This document shows, one piece after another, positions 9,561 through 19,122 of a stretch of DNA of 64,000 nucleotides. The position numbers and the translations under genes were made by a program. The stretch's first letter is position 1. Every line of letters starts with the position of its first letter. Below the pieces are notes generated by a model. It was not told the origin of the DNA and ran no database searches. It worked only from the letters and a program-made list of their open reading frames with translations. The stretch lies in the sequence record MN850615.1; one strand, given 5' to 3'. Origin of the DNA: Escherichia phage kvi.

Positions 9561-9797
9561 ATGATTAGCTTTAAACGTTTTTTGGTTGAGGCCGCTATTG
9601 ACGGTTTCATGCGTAAGATTTATTCTTGTAATACTATCGAGGGATTAAATGAACTTGAGGCATATTATGAGAAGCGCAAGAAAGAAACAGAATTGAAACC
9701 TGCTGATGATATTTCGATCCGTGATGCCATCGCTGGACGCCGTAAGCAACTGGAAGCGGACAACGAGCCGGAAGAGGAGCCGGAAGAGGATTTTTAA
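9561..9797 (+). CDS. uvsW.1: UvsW.1-like small protein
   Basis: 78 aa directly after uvsW; GGAG SD; acidic C-terminus. Confidence 0.55.
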   Translation: MISFKRFLVEAAIDGFMRKIYSCNTIEGLNELEAYYEKRKKETELKPADDISIRDAIAGRRKQLEADNEPEEEPEEDF

Positions 9798-9801
9798 GAT
9801 A

Positions 9802-9828
9802 TAAAAAAAGCCCCATCAATGATGGGGC
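9802..9828 (-). terminator. Terminator-like hairpin (- strand orientation)
   Basis: GCCCCATC-AAT-GATGGGGC with T-run only on the - strand side. Confidence 0.45.
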
Positions 9829-9861
9829 AAAATAAACCAATTAAAATCGGTTATCAACAAA

Positions 9862-10038
9862 TTACATTAACAGCATTGTTTGCTCTACGAGTTGTTCTTG
9901 TTCTTCGCCGTTCGCATCTTCACTAATCGAACGTTCTGTTACTAGCTGTAAGCAGTAGCCAGTGTGAACAACGCCGTTTTCTGTCTGGACGGATAACGCA
10001 TCCTCGACAGGTTGTTTACAACAAATACAGATTTTCAT
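9862..10038 (-). CDS. Small Cys-rich protein (uvsY.-2-like by position)
   Basis: 58 aa, not in track; MKICICCKQP...; between uvsW and uvsY. Confidence 0.35.
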   Translation of the reverse strand: MKICICCKQPVEDALSVQTENGVVHTGYCLQLVTERSISEDANGEEQEQLVEQTMLLM

Positions 10039-10059
10039 AAAAATTCCTCCTGCATGTAT

Positions 10060-10467
10060 TTAGCGACCAGATTCCAGCATACGCAATTCTATAGCATTCT
10101 TGATCGCAAAGCCACGAGATTTAACGATATCAAGTGCGCGACCAGAAAAATCCATTACCATCTGGTAATATGCAATTTTCGTATCAAGCGGTAAGATCTC
10201 GTCGTCTGCTGCCATGACAACTTTCAATTCTGATTTCTCATATTCAGCACGACACCAGTCATCACTACGGTTAGTGTAAAAATCAAGACGATTTTTCATA
10301 GCCTTTTTCTTTTTAGCCTCAAGAGCAATCGTCTCTCTTTTCGCCTCGCTGTAAATCCTTAACCACTTTGAGTATACTACCGGATTATTCAGCGCCTCCC
10401 ATTGCAACTTAGTCGCATCGATCTTCATGTCAGCTTCTAATTGTTCTTTCAAATCGTTTAGGTCCAT
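10060..10467 (-). CDS. uvsY: UvsY recombination mediator
   Basis: 135 aa; matches recalled T4 UvsY (KSRGFAIK, YSKWL, RLDFY). Confidence 0.9.
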   Translation of the reverse strand: MDLNDLKEQLEADMKIDATKLQWEALNNPVVYSKWLRIYSEAKRETIALEAKKKKAMKNRLDFYTNRSDDWCRAEYEKSELKVVMAADDEILPLDTKIAYYQMVMDFSGRALDIVKSRGFAIKNAIELRMLESGR

Positions 10468-10514
10468 AATATCCCCTTATTCACACTAAGACCTATATCA
10501 TATCACACACAAAA

Positions 10515-10901
10515 TCACTTTGCAAGTCTTATGCGTAGTTGTTCAAGATCATCTGGGTTATCTATTACTGAAAAGTAGATTGATACTATGATTGAGTTAT
10601 CGTCGTACTGCGGAGTTACTTCTACTGTCAGGTTTCGGACCCGTGGTTCATAGTTTCGGATCGCCTCATTGATGTTTTTTGATAAAGTATCCACCGTCAG
10701 TGGGTTCATGTTCTCAAACAAAGATTTATTGAGATCGCATCCAAACAGTGGATCAAATGGACGAGATCCCTTGCGAGTAGTCACGATCAGTAGAATAGAA
10801 TCCTTAACCGCTTTAATCCCTATGTTCTTTTTAACGTCGTTATTCCACGATCTGGATATATTGAGATCCAAATCAGTATACATCTGATTAATAGTTGCCA
10901 T
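10515..10901 (-). CDS. 25: Baseplate wedge protein gp25
   Basis: 128 aa from ATG 10901 (track start 10913 is TTG); TTRKGSRPFDP.FGCDL and FSVIDNPDD match T4 gp25. Confidence 0.9.
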   Translation of the reverse strand: MATINQMYTDLDLNISRSWNNDVKKNIGIKAVKDSILLIVTTRKGSRPFDPLFGCDLNKSLFENMNPLTVDTLSKNINEAIRNYEPRVRNLTVEVTPQYDDNSIIVSIYFSVIDNPDDLEQLRIRLAK

Positions 10902-10909
10902 GTTATACC

Positions 10910-11539
10910 TCAAAGAATTTTAAGGAAACTGGATAGACCTGATAATGAATATACACCAGATTCCCCGCATTCGCACTTGATCGGTACTGCCAGCGTGATT
11001 TGATTTCTTGTTAGCTCGTCGATCACTTCTTCCACTTTATCCGTGGTAAGCATATCCAGCACGCGGTCAAAGTCCTGTGCGTTCAGGTCGTCTATATTGA
11101 ATTGCTGATCGCCGATCACGATATATTCGATACATGCAATTACCATCTGCATAATATCAACATCTTCTGTAAACTTAGGTTGACGAAACTTGATTTTTAC
11201 TTGTCCTAAGTCTAGAATATATGGTTCAACTTCTGGTATCTGTGTGCGTGAAACATCAAGAGAGTATACTTTCTCTTTATTGCATACACCACACACCCAA
11301 GTAGCATCAATTTTCATCTTATTGAGGCTGTGACACCATAAGAGAAGAAAAATATATTCTGCTTCGCATTTCTCTAGCTCTAATGCATTGATCCCCGTAC
11401 ATTCATGTATGATCTCTATAACAACCTCTGACAGCTTGCCAGTCTCTTTTGCTGCTACCAGTTTTTGAAATTCGCCGAAGGTGAAAGCACGGGCGTGTAT
11501 CAACTTTTCGCCTAATTGGATCTTGAAAAAGTATTGCAT
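10910..11539 (-). CDS. 26: Baseplate hub subunit gp26
   Basis: 209 aa; position and size as T4 gp26; CxxC pairs. Confidence 0.8.
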   Translation of the reverse strand: MQYFFKIQLGEKLIHARAFTFGEFQKLVAAKETGKLSEVVIEIIHECTGINALELEKCEAEYIFLLLWCHSLNKMKIDATWVCGVCNKEKVYSLDVSRTQIPEVEPYILDLGQVKIKFRQPKFTEDVDIMQMVIACIEYIVIGDQQFNIDDLNAQDFDRVLDMLTTDKVEEVIDELTRNQITLAVPIKCECGESGVYSLSGLSSFLKIL

Positions 11540-11581
11540 AATAAAACACCCTTTATAAACACATAGAATTATTTAGTATTT

Positions 11582-11589
11582 TATAAATA
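11582..11589 (+). promoter_or_regulatory. Late promoter motif TATAAATA for the 51-27-28-29-48-54 operon
   Basis: Exact TATAAATA 21 nt upstream of gp51 ATG. Confidence 0.5.
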
Positions 11590-11609
11590 CCCGAAAGGGG
11601 GATTATACC

Positions 11610-12380
11610 ATGAATATTATCCGAATAAAACTACCGGAAGGTGTGCAGAGATTTAAACCATTCACGGTAAAAGATTATAGAGATTTCCTTCTGGTGTCAA
11701 CTGAAATTAAGATGAATCCAGAAGAAGAACAAACGATTCTTGATGAGCTATTAGAAGAAATATATCCAGACGTAGATCCGGCATTTCGTGAATATATTTT
11801 CCTGAATGTCTTTACTAGTTCAATTGGTAAAACTAAGATACCGCTTTGTTTTACTTGCCCGACTTGCAACAAAGAAAGAAGAATGTTGCTTAACTTACAG
11901 GTTGAAGCACTAAAACCAATCGTTCTAGAGGCCGCAGGGCTTAAAATAACTTTCCGGTATGTTAAACCATCAACCGACTATGCAAAAACGTTTCTGGATG
12001 CGATAGAGCGTGTATCTGATGGTATTAATGACTATCTATGGACTGAATTGCCGGAAGAAGTTAGAGAACAGGTTATCGATTCAATCTCATTTTCTGAATT
12101 TGAAGAAGTTGTTAAGCAGATGCACACAATCAAGATCGAACAAAAGATATCTTGTTGTGAGAGTCATGACCTGAAATACATAGGTCTTCTTCCATTATTC
12201 AAATTGTTGTTGAATCCAGATGAGTTATTCATCTTTTATCGAATAAACCATCTATTGGCAAAATCAAATTATTCTATCAGTGATCTTATGGACATGTTAC
12301 CCGTCGAGAGAAACATTGCACTGACACTGGTCGAGAAAGACGTAAAAGAGGCAAACAATGCAAAGAACGGGGTTTCCTAA
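11610..12380 (+). CDS. 51: Baseplate hub assembly catalyst gp51
   Basis: 256 aa; gene order and size as T4 gene 51; CPTC motif. Confidence 0.8.
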   Translation: MNIIRIKLPEGVQRFKPFTVKDYRDFLLVSTEIKMNPEEEQTILDELLEEIYPDVDPAFREYIFLNVFTSSIGKTKIPLCFTCPTCNKERRMLLNLQVEALKPIVLEAAGLKITFRYVKPSTDYAKTFLDAIERVSDGINDYLWTELPEEVREQVIDSISFSEFEEVVKQMHTIKIEQKISCCESHDLKYIGLLPLFKLLLNPDELFIFYRINHLLAKSNYSISDLMDMLPVERNIALTLVEKDVKEANNAKNGVS

Positions 12381-13467
12381 TGTCTCAATAAAACTTTATC
12401 AGGATTATGAGGCATTTCTAAATCATCGCTTTATAGAATTGGGTGCTACCTTTGTTACAATGACTCTGCGTGATTCGATTCGTGGGGTGAACGAAGGATT
12501 GTTGCAATTCTATGATAATAAGGCGATGCATACAAAATTAAACGGGAGAGAGATCATTCAGATTTCGCTATCCACTGCTAATACAGATGAAGTGTTTAAC
12601 CGAATCTATGGGATCTCTCATAGTAATGTAACAATTGACCAAAAATCTGACAACATTTTAACATTCCAGTTAAAGAGCTATCACGAAACATTAAACCTTA
12701 AATTTTCTCGCTCATTGACAAATAACGCGGTTAATAACGTAACTAGCATGATTGATGCTATCTATAAGGAAGTTCCTTTATGGAAACCTACTATAAAGGG
12801 TGATAACGTTGTTATTCCTCGTTGTCCGTGGGTTAGTACCATAAATGACTATATGGATTTTGTGAGGGCATACGGGCAAAGCGTAGAAACCGAGTCTTTC
12901 GTGTATTGCTGGGAAGATTTTGATGGTATAACGATCGCTGGACACGATACAATATTAAAAAATGAGCCAATACCAGCTATAATCTGTGAGCCTAGACTCA
13001 TGGGGCAGTTTATTGATATGTCGCCTAATCTGATGGTTTTTAATTTCGAGTGGCAGACTAAGAGTAATGCTAAAGTTAAAAATTCATTTAGCAATGTGAC
13101 ATACACAACTATTGATTTTGTTACTAAGCAGTATAATAAAATTATTGTTGGTAATGGGGATAACATTGCACACTTTGCTCATGGTGGCGCTTATGGCGAT
13201 TTAACTTATAAGAATGCGTTTTTGGAAGGTTCTAAACTTGCCACAATAGAACAATATGATTCATATGCTACCGCCGTGTGTCACGGTAATTTTTCGTTGC
13301 GCCCCGGTATGGTTATTCGATTCTTTGATGAGAAGCAACAAGCACGCAATGATTTTATTGTTGACGAAGTGGTGCATGAAATTAGCCGAGAGCAATCATT
13401 AACTCACCTGTATATGATCGGTAACAGCGAAGAATTACAGGAAGTCAAATTTGAAGGTAAGATATAA
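12358..13467 (+). CDS. 27: Baseplate hub subunit gp27
   Basis: 369 aa; MTLRDS..GLLQFYD..NGREIIQIS matches recalled T4 gp27 N-terminus. Confidence 0.9.
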   Translation: MQRTGFPNVSIKLYQDYEAFLNHRFIELGATFVTMTLRDSIRGVNEGLLQFYDNKAMHTKLNGREIIQISLSTANTDEVFNRIYGISHSNVTIDQKSDNILTFQLKSYHETLNLKFSRSLTNNAVNNVTSMIDAIYKEVPLWKPTIKGDNVVIPRCPWVSTINDYMDFVRAYGQSVETESFVYCWEDFDGITIAGHDTILKNEPIPAIICEPRLMGQFIDMSPNLMVFNFEWQTKSNAKVKNSFSNVTYTTIDFVTKQYNKIIVGNGDNIAHFAHGGAYGDLTYKNAFLEGSKLATIEQYDSYATAVCHGNFSLRPGMVIRFFDEKQQARNDFIVDEVVHEISREQSLTHLYMIGNSEELQEVKFEGKI

Positions 13468-13985
13468 TGACAGAAACTAAACCTATGTTAAAATTTGTTG
13501 TTCCTGTAAAAAAATTAGAGATAAACGGGAAACATATCAAGATCCCAAAAATGGGGATTAAGCAACATCGATTATTAAAAGATGTTCGTAGCTGTGATGA
13601 AACATTAAAGATTCTTCTTGATTCAATCTGTCCTGGGTTAAACGCTGCCGAGTCTGAATTGGTTATGCTTAACCTTTGTGCGTTTAATGGTAAGTGTCTG
13701 GAAGAAAAAGATGGTCTTAAGCTGTCTGATGTGTATATTTGTACAGAGACTGAATTTACTTTAAATGGTAAAGTCTTTAAATTTAAAAATCCAATGTATA
13801 CTTCTGACCCCATTATCGATGACGCTGATTTCTTGAGTCATCATTATCACGATCCTAGCGTAGACTTCCATGATTTCCCAGCTTTTATTATGGATTGGGC
13901 TACAGGATTAAGAAAAACTATTGCACTGGATACACCGGAAGGTACTATCTATGGTGGAATTAACATATTGGATCGCCTATCATGA
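13467..13985 (+). CDS. 28: Baseplate hub distal subunit gp28
   Basis: 172 aa; TAATG overlap with gp27; position. Confidence 0.8.
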   Translation: MTETKPMLKFVVPVKKLEINGKHIKIPKMGIKQHRLLKDVRSCDETLKILLDSICPGLNAAESELVMLNLCAFNGKCLEEKDGLKLSDVYICTETEFTLNGKVFKFKNPMYTSDPIIDDADFLSHHYHDPSVDFHDFPAFIMDWATGLRKTIALDTPEGTIYGGINILDRLS

Positions 13986-15715
13986 ATGACGCATTAACAT
14001 CATTTCGCGGGATGCGCAAGGAAGCGGAAGAAAACCCGATTGATAAACTTAACAAATTAGATAAACTTGATTCTATTGATAATTTGCAAGCCGCTACCGA
14101 ATTGGTGGCTGAGACAGTGGAACAAAAATCTAATGAAGTTGTTGGTGCGGTAGAGGATAACACCGCAGCCAATGAATTGACGGCAGAAAATACACAATCT
14201 ACCGCTGGCAATACCCAAAAAACTTATGAAGAATTGCAAAAACTCAATAATTTCTCTTCTCAGATGAATGAGAAATTACGTGGTTTTGGTGTTATGATGG
14301 AACGTAGATTTGGTGTTGTCAGTAAAATGGCTAGCGGTATTGGTGCGATTGAAGAAGCACTGAAAAAACCGGAACAACCGCAAACAATGCCATCACCTCA
14401 GCCAGTTTTGCCTACTGTACCGGAACAGCCTAATAATGACAACTATCAAGGTCTTCCAAAGAAAAAACCAGATGTTGAGGAACGGAAGAAAAAGAACGCC
14501 GCAGATAAGCGCGATGCGGATTCTATGGAAAATCTTCTTAAAGTTGTTCGTGGAGGATTTAAAGAAACCATAGGTATCTCTAATAAGGTCTTAGGGATGT
14601 TATTTAAGATCACCTTGACCGCTATGGCAGAAGCCGCAAAATGGGGCGCTATTTTGATGGGTATTGTTTTTGCCATTGATACCCTTATGATTCATTTCAG
14701 ATATTGGAGTGATTTATTCGAAACAAAATTTGATGAATTTATGGATAAGGCCGGAGAATGGGCTGGACCAATTAGCGATATCTTAACCACGATTCGTCAA
14801 GTTCGAGATTATTGGTCTAAAGGCGAATATGGAGAATTAATTAAATCTCTTGTTATGGGTATTGGTGATGCATTCTATAAAACCTTTATCCAACTTGATC
14901 GAATTATCACTACTGGTATTGCTAAAATTCTTCGCATGATCCCCGGTATGGGTGATTATGCCGATAAGTTAGAATACGGTGCTTTAAAGTCTGCTGTTGC
15001 TAAAGGCTATAAGCCAAATGAAAGAGAACTCGAATTAATGGATAAGGTCGAGTCTGAACACGAAGAAGACAAATATGGAGAGCGCACAGGATGGACAGGA
15101 AAAGCCCGTGATATTGGCGAAGCTATTGGGGATTCTATTAAGGATAAAGTTAACGAAGGTCTTGTTAGTCTGGGCTGGAGAGATCAAAAGGATGTTGACG
15201 CAGAGAAACGACAAGAAGAATTAAAACGCGGGGAATACAAGTCTGTTTCTGCTGAACAACGATCTGCTAGTCGTAAACTTAAAATTAAAAGCGAGGGAGC
15301 GATCAATAATATTAATGAAGTTATGGAGAATTTGAGCGGTGACTATGACAAAGAAAGAATGGAAGAGTTGAAAAAGGATATTGATGTTTACCGTGAGCAA
15401 GTTCAAGATCCTACATTAGTTGAAAGTGATCGTTCTCAGTTAGAGCGTCTTATTGAAAAATTTGATGAGATGTATGCTGATAAAACTAAGGGTGTGGTTC
15501 CAACCAAACCTGTTCCTGCAACTGAAACGGAAACAGCAAAACAAGCGGAACGTACTGAACAAATGCAGAAACAAGCTGCAATCCAGCAACAAACGACAAA
15601 TCAGACCTCAAACGTAAATAATACACAAATTGTAACAAACAATAGAACTATTAAACAGGGTGCACCAACAACTAGAATTGATGCCCCTGGTACAATTAAT
15701 ATGGGGAACTTTTAA
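13982..15715 (+). CDS. 29: Baseplate hub / tail length determinator gp29
   Basis: 577 aa; coiled-coil and Q-rich; position and size as T4 gp29. Confidence 0.85.
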   Translation: MNDALTSFRGMRKEAEENPIDKLNKLDKLDSIDNLQAATELVAETVEQKSNEVVGAVEDNTAANELTAENTQSTAGNTQKTYEELQKLNNFSSQMNEKLRGFGVMMERRFGVVSKMASGIGAIEEALKKPEQPQTMPSPQPVLPTVPEQPNNDNYQGLPKKKPDVEERKKKNAADKRDADSMENLLKVVRGGFKETIGISNKVLGMLFKITLTAMAEAAKWGAILMGIVFAIDTLMIHFRYWSDLFETKFDEFMDKAGEWAGPISDILTTIRQVRDYWSKGEYGELIKSLVMGIGDAFYKTFIQLDRIITTGIAKILRMIPGMGDYADKLEYGALKSAVAKGYKPNERELELMDKVESEHEEDKYGERTGWTGKARDIGEAIGDSIKDKVNEGLVSLGWRDQKDVDAEKRQEELKRGEYKSVSAEQRSASRKLKIKSEGAINNINEVMENLSGDYDKERMEELKKDIDVYREQVQDPTLVESDRSQLERLIEKFDEMYADKTKGVVPTKPVPATETETAKQAERTEQMQKQAAIQQQTTNQTSNVNNTQIVTNNRTIKQGAPTTRIDAPGTINMGNF

Positions 15716-16773
15716 TGAAAATTAGTGTTATCAATGATGCCGTTGATAGCTTTAAAGCGGGGGTTAAAACCTCCGCTGGTTTTACCTCAAAAAATAAAGG
15801 GAAAACATTAACCGCTCAATTCCCCGCTGAACGTGCTAGCGGTAATGATGCTAGCGGTTATTATATCAACGACTTATATAATAATGGTCTGTTATTCACT
15901 GCATACGATTATACATCTCGTACTACCGGATCGTTGCGTGATTTCAGGAAAAAGAAAAATGTTGCTAGTGGTTTTGGTGGTAGCGTTAATATCGCTGGTT
16001 TTGATTTAAATTTGGGTGGGAGAAATGCTGCATTTGACCGAGAGGCAATTGCTAATATTCTTCTTCCTCGTAGTCAATCTGACGTTGACGCTGCTAGCCA
16101 TAAGTTTAATGATGTTGGTGAATCTGTCATTTCTCGCGGCGGTGGTACTTTAGGCGGTGCTCTTTCTAATATGGCATCTACTGCCGTTTTTGGTGGTATC
16201 GAAAGTATTACTGGTGGATACCTTGCCGATCACGGTGAACAGATTTATAATACTGCGCGAAGCATGTATGCTGGTGCTGACGCACGAACTAAAAACTACG
16301 TATGGCATCTAACCCCACGTAGTATTGAAGACCTTCGCAATATTCTGATCATATACGAAACGTTTTTAGAATTGTCTTATGGTTCTAGTGGTATTTCCAG
16401 CACCGCAAAAGAATTAAAAGCGGAAGTTGATGCGTGGTATAAAAATACACTATTGAGAAAATCCACTCCAGAGGAAGCGAAGAGAAATGATACTCTTTTT
16501 GAAGGGATCACCGATTTTCTATCAAACGCAATTACTGTATCTAACCCGACAATATGGATGATCTCTAACTTCGGCAAGCGTACATCGTTTGAAGGGCGTA
16601 GCGATGCATTTGGTCCCGCTCAGATCTCAAGTGTACGTCTGGACAAGTCGCCTGATGGTAAGTTTAATGGCCTTGCTATTTCTCCTAACTTGCCGAGTAC
16701 CTTTGTTCTGGAAGTATCATTTAGAGAGATCTTGACACTTTCCCGTGGTACTATATTTGGGAGTGCGGCATAA
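15715..16773 (+). CDS. 48: Baseplate tail tube cap gp48
   Basis: 352 aa; ATGA coupling to 29; position. Confidence 0.85.
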   Translation: MKISVINDAVDSFKAGVKTSAGFTSKNKGKTLTAQFPAERASGNDASGYYINDLYNNGLLFTAYDYTSRTTGSLRDFRKKKNVASGFGGSVNIAGFDLNLGGRNAAFDREAIANILLPRSQSDVDAASHKFNDVGESVISRGGGTLGGALSNMASTAVFGGIESITGGYLADHGEQIYNTARSMYAGADARTKNYVWHLTPRSIEDLRNILIIYETFLELSYGSSGISSTAKELKAEVDAWYKNTLLRKSTPEEAKRNDTLFEGITDFLSNAITVSNPTIWMISNFGKRTSFEGRSDAFGPAQISSVRLDKSPDGKFNGLAISPNLPSTFVLEVSFREILTLSRGTIFGSAA

Positions 16774-17705
16774 TGTTTGATTTAAATGACTTTAACGAAC
16801 AAGCCGCTAACCTTGACTTTCAGCGATCTAACTTATTCAGCGTGGCATTTGCCACCACTCCAAGTAATAAGACACAAGCGATCCTAGAAAGTATGGGCGG
16901 TGCGGTATATGATATTATACCAAATGCATTAAATGACTATTTCGGGATTACTCGTGGTGATTATACTGACGCATTAACAAATCTTGCTGTGCAGGGTGTT
17001 AGGCGTGCTGTTGATTCATCTGGTGTCAAAAAGTATCTTTTAGGTGCAATGTCATCCCGCGTAGTTCAATCTCTTCTGGGGCAATTTGATGTTGGTACAT
17101 ATGCGCTTGATTGGTTCAATATGGCATATAAGACAAGCGGTCTTCTGGTGTATGCTGTTAAGGTTCCAGAAAACAGATTGAATTATGAAATGGACCGTAA
17201 CCACAATGCGCCAAACATTCGAATTACCGGACGTGATTTTGATCCGCTTGTATTGAGCTTTAGAATGGACTCTAGCGCATCAAACTATAGAGCAATGCAG
17301 GATTGGGTTAACTCAGTAGAAGACCCCGTTACAGGGCTTCGTGCGCTTCCTGTTGACGTTGAAGCAGATATTCAGGTTAACTTACATAACCGAATGGGAG
17401 TTCCTCACACGATCATGATGTTTAATGGTTGTGTTCCTGTTGGTGTGAGTGCACCGGAATTAACCTATGAAAACAACAACGAAATTACAACATTCGATGT
17501 TACTTTTGCGTATAGGACTATGCAAACTGGTGCTGTAGGAGAGCAAGCCGCGCGAGAATGGATTGAGGATAAGGCAATAAACGCAATAACAAACACTTTC
17601 GGCAATAATTTACTTGATAGTGGGTTATCTGCTGCTGGTAATGCTTTATCGCGTCTAAATGGCGTTGGTGGGCGTGTGGTGAATACTGTCACTAACTGGT
17701 TCTGA
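16773..17705 (+). CDS. 54: Baseplate tail tube initiator gp54
   Basis: 310 aa; position; TAATG coupling to 48. Confidence 0.85.
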   Translation: MFDLNDFNEQAANLDFQRSNLFSVAFATTPSNKTQAILESMGGAVYDIIPNALNDYFGITRGDYTDALTNLAVQGVRRAVDSSGVKKYLLGAMSSRVVQSLLGQFDVGTYALDWFNMAYKTSGLLVYAVKVPENRLNYEMDRNHNAPNIRITGRDFDPLVLSFRMDSSASNYRAMQDWVNSVEDPVTGLRALPVDVEADIQVNLHNRMGVPHTIMMFNGCVPVGVSAPELTYENNNEITTFDVTFAYRTMQTGAVGEQAAREWIEDKAINAITNTFGNNLLDSGLSAAGNALSRLNGVGGRVVNTVTNWF

Positions 17706-17714
17706 TAAGCGAAA

Positions 17715-17745
17715 GGCGGGGATTATCCCCCGCCTTTTTATTTTG
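17715..17745 (+). terminator. Terminator after gene 54 (convergent junction)
   Basis: GGCGGGGGA-TTA-TCCCCCGCC followed by TTTTTATTTT. Confidence 0.7.
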
Positions 17746-18223
17746 CTAAATCATTGCAATATTTTAGTGCCTTAGTTTGAAATTCTGCGCTGTTAAGTTC
17801 TTCATAACGGTCATAATCACCGTTTAATGCTGCCTTTCTTGCTTCTTGCTCTATCTGCATGTCAGACATGATAATACAGCGATCCCGTGCTTTCATCTTC
17901 TCAAGTTGTATAGACTCTTCTTTCTGCTTGCGCAATTCTTCTTGACGCTTCTTTTCTTCTTGTGCTTTCTCTTCCTGCGCTTCTTTGATTGCATCCTTGA
18001 ACATCTGCGTTTGTGGTGCTAAACCAACTTTAACGCGATCCACGTCTCGACGTTCCATTTTAGAAATAAAGCACGATTCGATCTGATCATCACTTGCATA
18101 TGCTGCTTTACATTCACGAAGCAAGAAAACCGGATCTGATTTAGCATTCATCATAGCTTCCATGTTGGCACAACCAGTAAGCATGAATGCAGCCGCAAGA
18201 CCAATCAGTTTAATCATTTTCAT
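17738..18223 (-). CDS. Predicted lipoprotein
   Basis: 161 aa; signal peptide with lipobox LTGC; Glu/Lys-rich coiled segment. Confidence 0.6.
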   Translation of the reverse strand: MKMIKLIGLAAAFMLTGCANMEAMMNAKSDPVFLLRECKAAYASDDQIESCFISKMERRDVDRVKVGLAPQTQMFKDAIKEAQEEKAQEEKKRQEELRKQKEESIQLEKMKARDRCIIMSDMQIEQEARKAALNGDYDRYEELNSAEFQTKALKYCNDLAK

Positions 18224-19044
18224 TTAGTCACCTCACCGAAAATTGTAAATTGTCTACGATTCTCATCGCCGAAAGATTCTACTACGTCGTTTACCTTGAC
18301 GCAAGTCCCGCGCGGTAAAATTACTTCACATTCGCAAGGGTTCCATGCAATTGACCCAACAACAAAACCTTTATGATCTTTTACGTCAATTACCCATGAT
18401 ACATTACAAGAATGCTGCATCTTTCCGGTCATTGATTCATATCGATTCTCACAATAAAGGCTAGTGCTGTTTGATAGCCATCCTCCAAAGATGATTGGTG
18501 TCATGCTGGTCGATACAAAGTTTTTAAAGGTAAACTCCTTATCTTCAATGATGCGCTCTATTGTCTGAATGTCAAGATGTTGACCGCGATAAAGAGTACC
18601 GTTTAACTTTTCGGTTTTATCCATGACACAATCCATCAAATCAACAATCTCTGATATCTCATCGGTCATGTCTTCTTCCCCTAAGAGAGCACCATTTACC
18701 CATTCGTATTGCTCAGACACATAATCACAGATTGCATTATATTCTGCTGGTGTTATGTTGTTATGTTTGTAATGTTTGAATACATTATCTCCAAAGTCTT
18801 CGGAGTGTACTTCATACATCACATTAATGATTTTCTTGACAAATCCATAATCTTGTGTCTCACGCTCAAGGAAGCGGATAACCTTCACATAATCATCAAA
18901 GTTAATCTGATCGCTGATCATCTCAGTGATCATGTAGCCATTAATCCCCTCAATGTCATATGTTTCGATGTAATTATCCATACGTTCCATCATTGATTCG
19001 CGTGATTCTTCCGAAAGACGAAAATCCTGTAATTTCTTGAACAT
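18220..19044 (-). CDS. ADP-ribosyltransferase, Alt/Mod family (second copy)
   Basis: 274 aa; R-S-E triad: LYRGQ, FVSTS, ECEVILPRG; paralogous to Alt C-terminal domain. Confidence 0.8.
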   Translation of the reverse strand: MFKKLQDFRLSEESRESMMERMDNYIETYDIEGINGYMITEMISDQINFDDYVKVIRFLERETQDYGFVKKIINVMYEVHSEDFGDNVFKHYKHNNITPAEYNAICDYVSEQYEWVNGALLGEEDMTDEISEIVDLMDCVMDKTEKLNGTLYRGQHLDIQTIERIIEDKEFTFKNFVSTSMTPIIFGGWLSNSTSLYCENRYESMTGKMQHSCNVSWVIDVKDHKGFVVGSIAWNPCECEVILPRGTCVKVNDVVESFGDENRRQFTIFGEVTK

Positions 19045-19061
19045 TTTAAACCTCCCATATA

Positions 19062-19095
19062 ACAGAAAACGGGGCTAGTATAAAACTAGTCCCCG
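19062..19095 (-). terminator. Hairpin/terminator between alt and downstream ART gene
   Basis: CGGGGCTAGT..ACTAGTCCCCG stem, T-run on - strand. Confidence 0.45.
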
Positions 19096-19122
19096 TTTGA
19101 GTCAACCATTATTTCTTAAAAA

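Noticed and set aside
9802-9828. Plus-strand terminator for uvsW.1
   Set aside because: The T-run is only on the - strand side, so it was called in - orientation.
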